Source of the DNA: Octopus sinensis
Taxonomy: Eukaryota
Assembly: GCF_006345805.1 (NCBI RefSeq)
Contig: NW_021833239.1
Coordinates: forward strand, 1 to 64,000
Direction: 5' to 3'
Length of the DNA stretch: 64,000 nucleotides
Shown piece after piece: positions 1 to 12,978 of this stretch. The notes under the pieces are model-generated. The model saw only the letters and a program-made list of their open reading frames with translations, had not been told where the DNA came from and ran no database searches. Position 1 is the stretch's first letter. Each line of letters begins with the position of its first letter. The position numbers were made by a program, and so were the translations under genes.

Positions 1-2115
1 TAGAAAGCACAACTTTGAAACCTGTAACCTGGTTAAGATACATTTACATCTCTATATAAAAATATGAATGTGTTGTGTGTGCGTGCACGCGTGTGTGACA
101 CATTCGCACTCTACTAACACCATGAGTGCGTACAAATTCTTGTAGATCACACGAAGGCACTGGTATCTCAAGACAATTCACTCTAAAGAAGAACTACAAT
201 AAATTTGAATAGACGAAATATACAGTAGTAATTATATATGTATCATTGTCATATGGTTAAAAGAGTTATTGCTTTTAGTTTGCAAATAAATGTTTCTTGT
301 TTGAAACCAGTCTAGTGCTACGTATATATGCAAGAATAAGAAATCTGATGACAATAGAGAAAGAAACGAATTAAAGTAGTTTAGTGGTCCCCATGTAAAC
401 TCTTTCATCTCACTGATTATATTAGACCGACGGCGAAATCAACCGCTATAAAGGTTGTTTCTGTAAAAACTGACACTTCTTTTTTCCGAGCTGAGATTTG
501 AAACCAAATCTAAGAATTCTCGCTCGTCTGATCCACCACTGGCCAAACAGGCGCGAAAGAAATTTCTTGGTCCTGTCAAAAAGTGATGGATCGTTTTCTC
601 TTCGACCTAAGATCTGAGCCGTGTCATTTAAGGTTCAAGTGGACAGGAGGCCACCTACATGGGTAAAAGTTACTCCTGTGGTATGTCTATCCTTCTAGCT
701 GTCATGTCCGTTATAAATACAATCAGACATACGATAGAGGCAGTGAGCCATCACCAGGCGAACTGTCAAGAGACAGCCTTGCACCAGTTAAGCAGACAAC
801 ATAGAACCACATATTCAGCATGAACGACCCAACACAGTAACAGACGCAGAACATAAGAAGACACCACTGAATGATCAATGCACTCACAGACATAAAACAT
901 GCCCGGTTCCACCTCATCATATCGACATAGTATTCCTCATGTTATTTTCTTCTTCGCCAACTCGAAGTAAGTTGGTAATGTCATGTAGTGAATTTTTTGG
1001 TGTATACAAGAGGTAAATGCAAGTGTCGTTTAAATAAATTATTTAAACCACAATCCGATGCTTTCCCATTGGAAAACTCACAATGCAGGGGCATTATTTC
1101 CGTTTTCTCTCTTCCATAGTTGTTATTCTGTTGAACATTCATCTCTTATGTCTCCTCTTAACATAATTGAGTAACTCCTCTTTCTGCTAAATCGACCAAG
1201 CAGCAGTTGCAGCTGAGACGAAGAAGGCACAAGACGTATCGAGCTGGCTGAGAGAGATCTGAACTTCGCTGAGTTTTCGGCAGACTAATCTTCGCCGAGG
1301 TAAGGCCTGATTATATTTCCATTCTCCTTGTTTCTGTTGTCCTCTTTCATCGTTCACATCACAATACTCATTAAAACGTCATTGAAGTACCTTTATAAAT
1401 ATTGATAAGGAATGTTTACAACATACAAAATTACAATTAAGTTATTTAGTTTCGAGCATACCTGGTATGTGACAGGTGTCATGTAATGATTGCCCAATTT
1501 TAGTTGAAAGGCTGTACATTTGTGGCAGGTGGGCGATGGTGATCGGTTCAGAGATTGGTTGATGTATTGCAATTGCAGATGAGCGGAGGATGCTGTTATA
1601 ACAAGAAAACTGACGCATGAGGGCCAAAATGAATACAATAACACTGGATACATTAAGCGGCATTCTGTAACACAGGACAAGATTATTGACGATATTTAAC
1701 GTCAACTATTTTCATGAGTTTTACCTCGATCTATATTCATAAAAAACTGCAAGGGTTACAGCTATGAAGCTGGTAAACAATGGAGAGATAATCGATATCT
1801 TATAATACAGAGCTAAAATGTTTATTTGTTAAACAAATGATTCACTACAATTTGTAAGAGCATTGAAATCGAATGATATTAATTTATTAATGCTAAAATG
1901 CTTAATGCATTTTGACTAACAATGGAAAATATATTTCTGTATATAAGATTGTAACTCTTAGTTTTCTGCAGTATGTCATGTACTTTGAAACATTAATATA
2001 GGTTGCATACTTCTCTAAAATCATACAAAATCTGAGTGTATCTAGGAGCATTAGACTGTATACACTAACTATTGGTAAAAAAACCCAAAAAACTTATATT
2101 GGAAACAACATAATT

Positions 2116-2299
2116 ATGTCGGAAAGATCACAGATTTTACATAACAGTGAAAAGGAACGCAATTCTGGGTTCAATGAGCAGAGTAACTTTTACCGTTCAG
2201 TAGATAAGGATTTGAATGCTTGTAATGATAGTTCCATTAGTACAACAGATGATGATTCCAGTTCCTTAATTAACACAACAGAAGCAAAAAATAATGCAG
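2116..2299 (+). CDS. SLC38A7: SLC38A7-like copy P, coding exon 1 (hydrophilic N-terminus MSERSQILHN...EAKNNA)
   Basis: ATG at 2116, open frame to CAG|GTAAAC donor at 2300. Phase 1 joins in frame (G+AA = Glu) to the exon at 10148. The N-terminal sequence is not itself conserved, so the assignment rests on splice-phase fit. Confidence 0.7.
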
Positions 2300-3026
2300 G
2301 TAAACTATTTTTATATTTGTAATAATACTTGTGATACAGAACTATCCCATAAAACATATCCTCTTTAATGTCGAACCATATGAACAGATCACAGAAGTCG
2401 CCGTCGTCGTTATCGGCGTCTTTGTTGTTGCTGTCATCGTCTTTTCTTCCTTTTCTTACATTCCTTCTTCTCGTCCTCACTTCTTTTCCTCAACTTCCCT
2501 TTCTCGTCCTTCATCTCCTCGTCTTCCTCTTGCCACTTCATCTTTTCTTCTTTTACTCCTCCTCCTAATTCTTATTCTCCACATCGGTTTCTCTTTTTCT
2601 CTCTCCCTGTCTCTTTATTGAACATAAAATATGGTAGTTCCCAGTTTTTTTCTTTTTTTATGTTTGTGTTGTTTTTTAACATCTGCAAAATAAATTTATA
2701 AATCCTCTTTTTCACCAGATATTTCATTTTATGCCGAATCTTAAATTACTCATACGTTTTCTCAAATATATATTGGAAAATTCATTTTCTTTTCTAAATA
2801 ATCTGATGGATCTTTGGATGAAACGAAAATCTTTAGTAAGAAGAAGTCTTTTCAATTAAGTTGGTACGAAAAAGAAGTTCCTCTCATTTATGACAGATAG
2901 TCATTTAGGCTGGAGGAGTCGGCATAATTATGGAAAAGAACGTTTAAAACGGCATTTTTAAACAGCTGCCTATATCTGTACGTCTCATAATGAAAGCGCC
3001 ATGCTTATGCATGCACCAACAATATA

Positions 3027-3256
3027 TATTTCTTTACTACCCACAAGGGGATAAACATAGAGGGGACAAACAAGGACAGACAAAGGGATAAGGTCGATTA
3101 CATCGACCCCAGTGTGAAACTGGTACTTTATTTATCGACCCCGAAAGGATGAAAGGCAAAGTCGATCTCGGCGGAATTTGAACTCAGAACGTAACGACAG
3201 ACGAAATACCGCTAAGCATTTCGTCCGGCGCGCTAACGTTTCTTCCAGCTCGCCAC
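3027..3256 (-). mobile_element. tRNA-derived SINE, Meta-type central domain
   Basis: The reverse strand reads ggcgagctgg...gttctgagttcaaattccgccgag..cctttcatcctttcggggtcgataaat. Flanked by a 16-bp direct repeat atgcaccaacaatata (3011-3026 and 3260-3275), read as the TSD. Confidence 0.85.
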
Positions 3257-4563
3257 TTTATGCACCAACAATATAGCTGAAATCTATAGCTATTCTGTAC
3301 AAACAGAACTTCGAAAACTTATGGACGCTTCACGAGTGATCTGGAATGATATATTTCAACAGGTCCACGACCTTAATTTAAATGACAGGCCGTACAACAC
3401 CAGGTATAAGTAAAGAACCAAGTAAATTAGAATTAGAGGCAGTAAACGAAATAGTAAACAAATATCTGAAGATCACACAGTCCAGTTATATATGAAAACA
3501 ACCTACAAAACTATTAACGCTTTGACATATATCTCAGCTATTATGTTACTAACGTATAGCAAAGCGCTGAGACCACGCAATCGAGATTCAAGTGGAAAGC
3601 CTGAAGGAGCATAGGTACGTAACTTAAAAAATAAAATTTTATTTCTGCGAAAATGCATCTCACAGATCGTTGTAGTTATAAAATGTAATACATAGAACAA
3701 CTTGACGCGGCATCAGAAAGAGCTCAGAAAAGAAAAAAAGACTAGAGAGGCGATTTAGTGATACAGGATTCAAAAACCTAAACTCCAGACTGCACTAGCT
3801 GAAACTCACGGTTGCAGCTGAAAAACTAAAATATAAATTTGCAGCATATAAACGGCAAATGCTCAATAAATTTTCAAGACCCTCCTAATAATTAAAGGGT
3901 GGTGCTTAAAGTACGTTGCTTTCCTTCACCCCTTGTTACCAAGTAAGGGGCCAGTGGAAATTATATTACGTAAAAAGAGAAAGGGAAAATACATACATAC
4001 ATACATACATATATAGTGACGTTATACAACAGTGCGCGCGTGCAACGTCCTCTTCAGTGTGCGTGTGCGGGTTTGGAGCCTTCTGGAAAGGCAGAAGGGA
4101 AGTTCCCTCTCGCGCATGCGCGAAGCACTGAAGAAGGAAAATGCTGATGTGGCATTAGTTGATAGGCGAGGGAGGTTCCCTTAAAGGAGTACAGAGAGAC
4201 AGGAGTAGCAGAACGCCTTTCATACGAGATTGTTGCAGACCAATTTTTCTCCGCTGTCTCTGGACGCTAAGACTTGAGGCACAGCGATCGAAGAGAAAGG
4301 ATGTATTTTCATACGTGTGATCAACCTATTCTCCTGGCCCAGACGCTTGGGATTTAACCTATCTATTGCTGCTGAATTGTTGTAAGAATGGATACCAGTA
4401 TACCATCGTGTTTCATTTTTGTATAAGAGAATAAAGAATTATATATTTCTAAACTTGCTTTTCGTTCCTGACTGGTAGTTTCTAGAAACAAAAAGAAAGG
4501 AAATTGTGTTGCACCCAAGTTGCACCCCAAAAAGTGTAAAGAAGCAACGAGTTCCCGTTACAG

Positions 4564-4575
4564 TGGTGACCCCGA
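4564..4575 (+). promoter_or_regulatory. Primer-binding site complementary to the tRNA-Trp 3' end
   Basis: TGGTGACCCCGA directly after the 5' LTR matches the reverse complement of the eukaryotic tRNA-Trp 3' end (TGGTGACCCCGACGTGAT). Confidence 0.85.
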
Positions 4576-5059
4576 ACATAGAACATTTAACTGAAATCTA
4601 GATTCTACCTAGTCTGAACCAATCAACCCGCCGCAGTCATTATCTTTCAACAGTTTGTCTCCAGTCGTCTCAAGCAGTTTCAGCAATTTCATCGTCGACG
4701 AGAATAAAAAAAAAAGTTTGACTTAATCTGTTAGTGCGATCCGTGACCAAGCATAACAGGCAGTCAAACTTAAGAAGAGACAGTTTAAAATACATTAAAA
4801 AAAAAAAAATTGTTTTAGACGCGACGAAGGTTGGTAAAAATAAAAAAAAAATTATTTTTTATTCACTGTGCACACAGTACAAAACAAATTTTTTTCTGTA
4901 AAACACATTTTTTTTTGTAAATTGCACATATAAAAAATTTTATTGGTTCAATTGCTGGTCTTTTTTTTTCCCTTTTCCTTGTTGCGTCTGTTCAACGTTG
5001 ATTCGTTGTCAGTTTACCTTTCCATTTGACAGAGTCATCTAAAAGTAAAAAACTACAAA

Positions 5060-5788
5060 ATGTCTCTAAATTCATTACCTACTTTCACAGGTGATGCCAC
5101 ACTGTGGTTTGCACAGCTAGAGGCACAATTTTGTGCACATAATGTTTCTCCCCAGCAGCAGTTGCAAATCCTGTATGGTTGTATGCCTCCTCAACTTGCA
5201 TCTACAGCCAGAGATATTATCACAGATCCTGGCCCAGACGCCACTTATGCGTCTGTTAAATTAGAAGTGGAAAAGAGAAACACTAGAAGCGAGGAAAGTC
5301 GCTTCAATGAATTAATGGCGGATGAGGAGTTGGGAGATAGGACTCCTTCTGAATTTTTGCGAAGACTAAGAGAGTTGAGCGGTAAAGCTGCAGATGCTCC
5401 TCTCCTTCGGAAAATTTTTTTTTCAAGGTTGCCCGCCTATATACAGACTGTTTTGGCAACTGCTTTAGAGTCAAATACCGTGGACCAGATAGCAACAATG
5501 GCTGATAAAATGGTTGAATTTGCCGTTCAACCATCGTCACGGTCTGTTTGTGTCTGCTCACAAGCTTCCTCAGCCTCGATTGAGGGACTTTCTAAACAAA
5601 TAGAAAGTCTCACCAAAAGGATGGACGCGATGTGTCGCGATGGCAAGCGATTTTCAAGATCGCGGAGTCGCAGCCGTTCATCGTCACGTTCCACACAGTC
5701 AAAGTCCGGACTGTGTTGGTATCACTCCAATTATGGAGAGAAAGCACATTAGTGCATACAGCCATGCACCTATAAACCTTTAAACTAG
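5060..5788 (+). pseudogene. Gypsy gag, with a premature stop inside the zinc knuckle
   Basis: LPTF..DATLWFAQLEAQF and LGDRTPSEFLRRL motifs. The knuckle CWYHSNYGEKAH*CIQPC is interrupted by TAG at 5750-5752; the natural stop is TAG 5786-5788. Confidence 0.9.
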
Positions 5789-8700
5789 CTTCGGAGAATT
5801 TGAGCACGTCAACTTCCTCCACATCATTTTCTAGTTATCGTGCATTTTTCGTCAAGGATCAAGTGTCGAAGAAAAACTTCATGGTGGACACTGGTTCTTG
5901 TTGCAGCATTTGGCCTTTGCGTCTCACAACCGACAGGCCAAAACGATCTAACGTTACATTGCACGCTATTGATTCGTCACCAATAGCCACATTCGGTCAG
6001 ATCTCTTTACGCCTTGACATTAATCTTCGTCGAGATTTTCAATGGGTTTTTATCATTGCTGACATTCAGCATCCTATTTTAGGTGCGGATTTTCTAAGTA
6101 ATTTTGATTTATTGGTAGATGTCAGACGTCGGAGGCTAGTTGATACTTCGACTACACTCTCCACGCCGACCAGAGAATCTACCGATTCAGCTCTTAGCCC
6201 GACATTTTTTGTTTCTACATCTGGAGACGTTTTTCACTCTCTTTTGGTCTCTTTTCCAGAGCTACTTGATGTTACCTTTAAAGTGGCAAAGCCATTACAC
6301 TCGACACTCCATTTTATTACAACAACTGGACCGCCTGTTTTTTCGCGACCACGGCGTCTTGCACCTGACCGACTTAAAACTGCTAGGGCTGAGTTTGAGC
6401 ATATGCTCCAGCTCGGTCTGAAACGCCCATCCACCAGTCCATGGGCATCACCCCTTCATTTAGTTCGAAAAGGGGATACAGATTTTCGCCCGGTGGGAGA
6501 TTATCGGCGTCTAAATTCTGTGACGATTCCGAACAGATATTCAATTAGGGATCTCAACGACTTTTCAGCAAATCTTCATGGCTGTACCATTTTTTCTAAG
6601 GTTGACCTCATACGTGCTTATCATCAAATACCGGTCAACCCAAACGATGTTCCTAAAACGGCAATTACCACTCCTTTTGGCTGTTTCGAATTTTTGTATA
6701 TGAGTTTTGGTTTGAGGAACGCTACCTGTACGTTCCAACGTTTTATAGATGAAGTTGTTCGTGGACTTGATTTTGTTTTCGCGTATGTCGATGATATTCT
6801 CATCGCAAGTGATACGCATGAGAATCATCTCCTGCACTTGTCTCAGCTTTTTCAGCGTCTTCGCGACTATGGTGTTCGCATTAATCCAGACAAGTGTGTT
6901 TTGGGGCAACCATCTCTTAATTTTCTCGGTCATTATATTGATTCGAGAGGAATCAAACCACTCTCGTCTAAAGTGGATGTTATTCAGCGCATCGCACCAC
7001 CTTCTTCTTTGCGTCAACTTCGCCATTTTTTGGGTATAGTTAATTTCTATCGACGTTTCATAGATCGGTGTGCGGACAAGTTGTTTCCTTTAACGCAGAT
7101 GCTAAAGGGCAATTCTAAAAAGGACGCCCGTCTTACTCTTTCAGCTGAAGCACTGTCTGCCTTTGAGTTAGTTAAAAAGGAACTAGCTTCAGTCCCTGTT
7201 TTAGCACATCCGGCTCCTGATGCTCCACTTACTTTATCTGTGGACGCATCAGATTCTGCAGTTGGCGCTGTTTTGCAGTACACCGTAGAGGGTGAAGTTA
7301 AACTTTGGCTTTCTTCTCTTGCCAGCTAAAGCCAGCTGAACGAAGATATAGTACTTTTGATCGAGAGTTACTAGCGATCTATCTGTCAGTTCGGCATTTT
7401 CAGCACCAGCTCGAGGGACGAGAGTTTGTGATTTATACTGATCACAAGCCCCTTACCTTTGCACTATCTTCTAAAACGGATAAACTCTCTCCTCGTGCTT
7501 TCCGTCACCTGGACTATATTTCTCAATTTACAAGTGATATTAGGCATGTTCCAGGGAAGGAGAACGTCCCTGCTGATGCTCTCTCTAGACTCCCTGTCAA
7601 TTCCATTTCCTCTCCTGCAGCAATTGACTTAACTGCTATTTCGCAGGATCAACCACCTTTAGAGGGGTTGGATTTAACTTCGCCTAAGTTTATTAACTGT
7701 AAGTTTGCCTACCGACCGCTCCCTTCAGCAGAAGGCTCTATTCTTTGTGACGTCTCTACCGGTTCACCTAGACCATTAGTACCTGAGAAACATCAACGTT
7801 CTGTGTTTGATGCTCTTCATTCACTGTCACATCCAGGTATCTCTGCCACAGTAAAGCTTGTTACTGCTCGGTTCTTCTGGCCCAATATGCGACGATCAAT
7901 TACCTCTTGGGCACGCTCTTGTTTGAGGTGCCAGAGTGCTAAAGTCCATAGACACGTTCGTGCTCCACTTGGACAGTTTTCTTCTCCTGAAGCCCGTTTT
8001 CGCCATGTCCACCTTGATTTGGTTGGACCATGGCCTGTGAGTCGCGGGTTCTCATACATTTTAACTTGTATTGATCGCTTTTCACGCTGGCCGGAAGCTA
8101 TTCCTATAGCAGACATTTCTGCTGAAACTGTTGCGAAAGCTTTCGTGTCTAATTGGATTTCTAGGTATGGTGTACCGTCCAGTTTAACCACAGATCATGG
8201 TCGATAATTCGAGTCTGCTTTGTTTCGTGAGTTATCACGAATCCTGGGGATGCATCATATACGCATCACTAGTTACCACCCTGCTTCTAATGGGATGGTG
8301 GAGCGTTTCCACAGGCAACTTAAGGCCGCGTTGCGTGCCTCGCCGAATCCACAGTCGTGGACTGAATTTCTACCTATCGTCCTGCTTGGATGTCGGACTG
8401 CGATTAAAGCAGACCTTGGTTTTTCGTCTGCTGAGCTCTTGTATGGTACCACACTGGCATTGCCTGGTACGATGTTGGTGCCAGACAAGTCGCAGTCTCT
8501 TAATTTAGAGTCTTATGTTGCTCGACTACGCAGATATTTTTCTGCCCTTCCTCCTGTGGACCTCGACACCAAAATCCTCCTTCTAATGTGCCATCAGATC
8601 TTGATTCTTGGACGCATGTTTTTATTCGTGATGATTCTGTCAAAGGACCTCTTGTTTCTCCTTATAAAGGACCTTTTCGTGTGATTTCTCGCACGCCGAA

Positions 8701-9019
8701 GGTATTCAAACTTGAAATTAACGGTCGTTCGGAGACCGTCTCCGTAGATCGTCTTAAAAGGGCATATTTTGAGGTGTCCACATCTTTTGATGACCCCACT
8801 GCCACAACCATCGTTGAACCTTCACATGCACCTTTGACAACACCACCATTCACACATGCACCTTTGACAACACCACCATTTTCACATGCACCTTTATCAA
8901 CACCACCATCGGCAACACCACCTTCGTCGTCGCAGCCTGCCTCGAACAAACCTTATGTTACGAGGTCAGGCAGAACTGTTCACTGGCCGAAAAAACTTTC
9001 AAAAACTATTTATATTTGA
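5779..9019 (+). pseudogene. Gypsy pol (protease, RT, RNase H, integrase), disrupted
   Basis: Protease VDTGS, RT YVDD, RNase H VDAS...DRELLA, integrase HHCC (HSLSHPG...CLRC) and DDE core. Frameshift near 7310, TAA at 8205-8207, another frameshift near 8570. A 27-bp repeat x3 (HAPLTTPPF) lies at about 8821-8900. Confidence 0.93.
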
Positions 9020-9723
9020 CATTCTCAATTGTGACAGTTACAATACTCATTGAACTTTGTTCATTTGAGTATTTCTTCTCTCCTTTTTCCTTTCGGTGCA
9101 TTCTTGTTTATATTGTAAATTCTGCCTTGATTTGTCATATTGTGTGCTATTTTGGTTATCTGGTATCCACCTTGAGTTTTAAAGTCACTACAAGGAATTT
9201 TGTTTCGTGCTTACGCACTCGAGGGGGCACTTTTGTAGTGATGTTATACAACAGTGCGCGCGTGCAACGTCCTCTTCAGTGTGCGTGTGCGGGTTTGGAG
9301 CCTTCTGGAAAGGCGCGAAGCACTGAAGAACGAAATGCTGATGAAAGGGGTACAGAGAGACAGGAGTAGCAGAACGCCTTTCATACGAGATTGTTGCAGA
9401 CCAATTTTTCTCCGCTGTCTCTGGACACTAAGACTTGAGGCACAGCGATCGAAGAGAAAGGATGTATTTTCATACGTGTGATCAACCTATTCTCCTGGCC
9501 CAGACGCTTGGGATTTAACCTATCTATTGCTGCTGAATTGTTGTAAGAATGGATACCAGTATACCATCGTGTTTCATTTTTGTATAAGAGAATAAAGAAT
9601 TATATATTTCTAAACTTGCTTTTCGTTCCTGACTGGTAGTTTCTAGAAACAAAAAGAAAGGAAATTATGTTGCACCCAAGTTGCACCCCAAAAAGTGTAA
9701 AGAAGCAACGAGTTCCCGTTACA

Positions 9724-9800
9724 CATACATACATACATACATACATACATACATACATACATACATACATACATACATACATACATACATACATACATAC
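9724..9800. repeat. (CATA)n microsatellite abutting the Gypsy 3' LTR
   Basis: About 19 perfect CATA units. Confidence 0.95.
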
Positions 9801-10147
9801 ATACGTACGTACGTACACAATTCGCTTCGACGCAGTTTCCGCCTACCTAATTTTACACACGTCATTTGTTGGATGTAATCTATAGTAGACCACAGTCGCG
9901 CAATGTATGACTCAGTGGTCGATCGAATGTAGTTCGAATTAACTCCATAACCACAACTATTCTTCTATCCTATGGAATATAAACCACATTTACTCGTTGT
10001 AGGAGAAATTTCCATTCGAAAAGCGAAATATGTCTGCTATATATATAAACACTGATTTCAGAATTGCTTTATGCATTTCCACATGATATGATGAATAAAA
10101 GTAATTGCCTTTTTCTCAGTATTTACTTTATTGTGTATTTATTTCAG

Positions 10148-10269
10148 AATCTACGAAGTGTACTGTTGGTTTTCTTTTAGTCAATGCAACAGTAGGTATT
10201 GGTATAATAAATCTTCCTGAAGCATATCAACAAGTAGACAATTTAGCGATAGCCATCAGCATTCATTGC
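10148..10269 (+). CDS. SLC38A7: SLC38A7-like copy P, exon 2 (TM1-TM2)
   Basis: tttcag| acceptor, |gtaagt donor, 122 nt. ESTKCTVGFLLVNATVGIGIINLPEAYQQVDNLAIAISIHC resembles SLC38A7 [21 protein letters not shown]. Confidence 0.9.
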
Positions 10270-10309
10270 GTAAGTATATTTTCTGTTTCTTCGTGTACAA
10301 ATACAAGGT

Positions 10310-12978
10310 TGTAGTGATCCTATACAACGGCGCGCGCTCGCGCACCGTCCATTTGTATTTCGCGCGTGCGGGGTTGGTGCTTTCACCACCGGAAGAAGAA
10401 CCCTTTTGCCTACGTAGCAGTTAGCCGAGGCAAGGGGATCGTAAGACGTTGACCACCAGCGTCTAGCAAGCAGCGACTTGAGACAGCAGCGACTGAAGGC
10501 GACGGTCACGTATATTTTTTCTCTGTCCGAACTTGATTCTAGCAGCAGCTTTACCAAAAGGCCTTTAACCAAATTGTTGCAGACCACATCTTCTCCCTGT
10601 TCCGGACGCCATCTTTGACCAGTGTCGTTTTGCATTTGAACACTTTCTTATTTTACAGCGATAAGGTTCAGCACTGACACATTTATATCAAAGGGATACC
10701 AGATAACCACTTATTGTTACTGTTACCACATTAGAGAATAAAGTAGTATATATATCTTTTAGGTCTGCGTCTTGTTGTTTCTGACTGGTAGAGAATCTGG
10801 ATTATTAAAGCAACGGAAAGTGATTGCTTCTCGCACCCCCAAAAGGTCCAGAGAAGATATTCACACTAAGTTCTTTACACTGGTGACCCCCGACGTGATT
10901 CTGGTCTAAAACCAGAGATCACTTAACAACAAAGAAATCCAGTTTTTCTGCGAAGTCGGAACACGATTTAACTCTACGCATTCATCTTTCGACGATTTGT
11001 TTCCTGTCACCACAAACAGTTATAGAAGGAGCCTCTTACTTATTCTTCAACAATGATGACGGACGCCATCATATCATCGATGTTTTTTCTCTGCCTTCGT
11101 CATCATCATCGTCGTCTTAGAACTTCACGTCGTCGTTATCTTCGTCGCCATCACCACTAAGAACAATGTTGTCTCAAGTCCACTACAGTCGCCTTCCACC
11201 ACCACCGTCGCCTTTCAACACCGTCGACCTCCACAAGATGTACATAGCAACTCGCGGAACTTTAGCGTACATGCTGTTCGTGCATAGCGCGCCAAGGAAT
11301 TAACAGCCCAGCACTATCTACGAGATTCTTCTGTTCCAGTTAACCTGTCACAGCATTGAAGCCACAACCGCTACACGATATGTATTCAATCGGCATCTGC
11401 ATTTGTGATCTCAACATTCTGTTACAGAACGAACTGCTATTGTGCATCAGGCTATTACAGACTGGTAAATTAACTCCATTGTCTGAAATAGCCATGAGAG
11501 ACATTTTTCCTATGCGCTGTATTTTTATTTATTTTTATTTTGCTTGCATTCACCTTGTATGTATTTCTGTCGCACACACGTACACACACATAAATGCTAT
11601 CTCTCTCACATACATACGTCACACATGCTTTTCTCGCTTGTTTTTTCCATGCTAAATATGCCTTTTGTGGACACACCTCATTTCTATAGACCCTAGGGGG
11701 TCACGTATACATAGAGAGGGTTGTTTGTCCATTATAACGCGCCGGCATGCCATACCTTTGTTCCTGTACGAACGAGGCATATAATCGCTCAACCACTGGC
11801 ATATTCATTGCTGTTTTTCGGTCTGGCAAGCTCTATTGCATTTCATGCGCCTTTGCTTCGCACGTGTATTGCCTTGTTTTTGCAACACGTTTGCGTTAGC
11901 TTAATTCTTTTCCCGACTCATAGAATGTCGGATGTTCACATGCGCTGCGCCATGTATAGGCGTAATTTTTTCCCTGTTAGACTCCTGTTGGTCACGTAAT
12001 TAACAGAGAAAGTTATCTGTGTCGCGCATCACACCAGCATGCTTGCACTTTTGCTTTTGTGTTACTAGCGATCTATCTGTCAATTCCATTTCCTCTCTTG
12101 CAGCAATTGATTTAACTGCTATTTTGCAGGATCAACTACCTTTAGAGAAGTTGGATTTAATTTCGCCTAGGTTCATTAACTGTGAGTTTGCTTTCCTCCC
12201 GCTCCTACAGCGGAAGGCTCTATACTTTGTGACGTATCCACTTTCATGCATGCACTTTTGAATTTTGCTCATTTTGAGTATTTTTTCCTTTAGTAAATTT
12301 CTTGTGTATGATGTAAATTTTGCCATTTTATTATATTGTGCTATTTGGTTATCTGGTATCCACCTTGAGTTTTATAGTCACTACAGGGAATTTTGTGTCG
12401 TGCTTACGCACTGGGGTGGAGCTCTGTAGTGATCCTATACAACGGCGCGCGCTCGCGCACCGTCCATTTGTATTTCGCGCGTGCGGGGTTGGTGCTTTCA
12501 CCACCGGAAGAAGAACCCTTTTGCCTACGTAGCAGTTAGCCGAGGCAAGGGGATCGTAAGACGTTGACCACCAGCATCCAGCAAGCAGCGACTTGAGACA
12601 GCAGTGACTGAAGGCGACGGTCACGTATATTTTTTCTCTGTCCGAACTTGATTCTAGCAGCAGCTTTACCCAAATTGTTGCAGACCACATCTTCTCCCTG
12701 TTCCGGACGCCATCTTTGACCAGTGTCGTTTTGCATTTGAACACTTTCTTATTTTACAGCGATAAGGTTCAGCACTGACACATTTATATCAAAGGGATAC
12801 CAGATAACCACTTATTGTTACTGTTACCACATTAGAGAATAAAGTAGTATATATCTTTTAGGTCTGCGTCTTGTTGTTTCTGACTGGTAGAGAATCTGGA
12901 TTATTAAAGCAACGGAAAGTGATTGCTTCTCGCACCCCCAAAAGGTCCAGAGAAGATATTCACACTAAGTTCTTTACA
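10310..12978 (+). mobile_element. Non-autonomous LTR retrotransposon (no intact ORF) in intron 2 of copy P
   Basis: LTRs at 10310-10879 (570 bp) and 12425-12978 (554 bp), TG...CA, differing by about 3 substitutions plus 14-bp and 2-bp indels. TSD AGGT, tRNA-Trp PBS at 10881-10899, purine tract at 12413-12421, pol relic at 12061-12237. Confidence 0.93.

Larger units (their letters stand above)
4012..9723 (+). mobile_element. Full-length but decayed Ty3/Gypsy LTR retrotransposon in intron 1 of copy P
   Basis: LTRs at 4012-4562 (551 bp) and 9234-9723 (490 bp). The 3' LTR has TG...CA ends; the 5' LTR starts TA. 4-bp TSD CATA on both sides, PBS at 4564, PPT gaggggg at 9221, domain order gag-PR-RT-RH-IN. 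Confidence 0.97.

Noticed and set aside
984-1423. Possible solo LTR starting TGTAGTGA
   Set aside because: No 3' end with a matching TSD could be identified and there is no second copy in the window.
2190-2621. Overlapping ORFs on both strands downstream of exon 1
   Set aside because: Low-complexity CTT/TCG-rich intron sequence. The real reading frame leaves at the donor at 2300.
6140-8949. Antisense and alternate-frame ORFs within Gypsy pol
   Set aside because: Shadow ORFs of the pol frame with no recognisable motifs.
10243-12744. Duplicated 130-aa minus-strand ORFs (LLESSSDREKIY...)
   Set aside because: They lie inside the two LTR copies. The duplication is explained by the LTRs and there is no protein motif.
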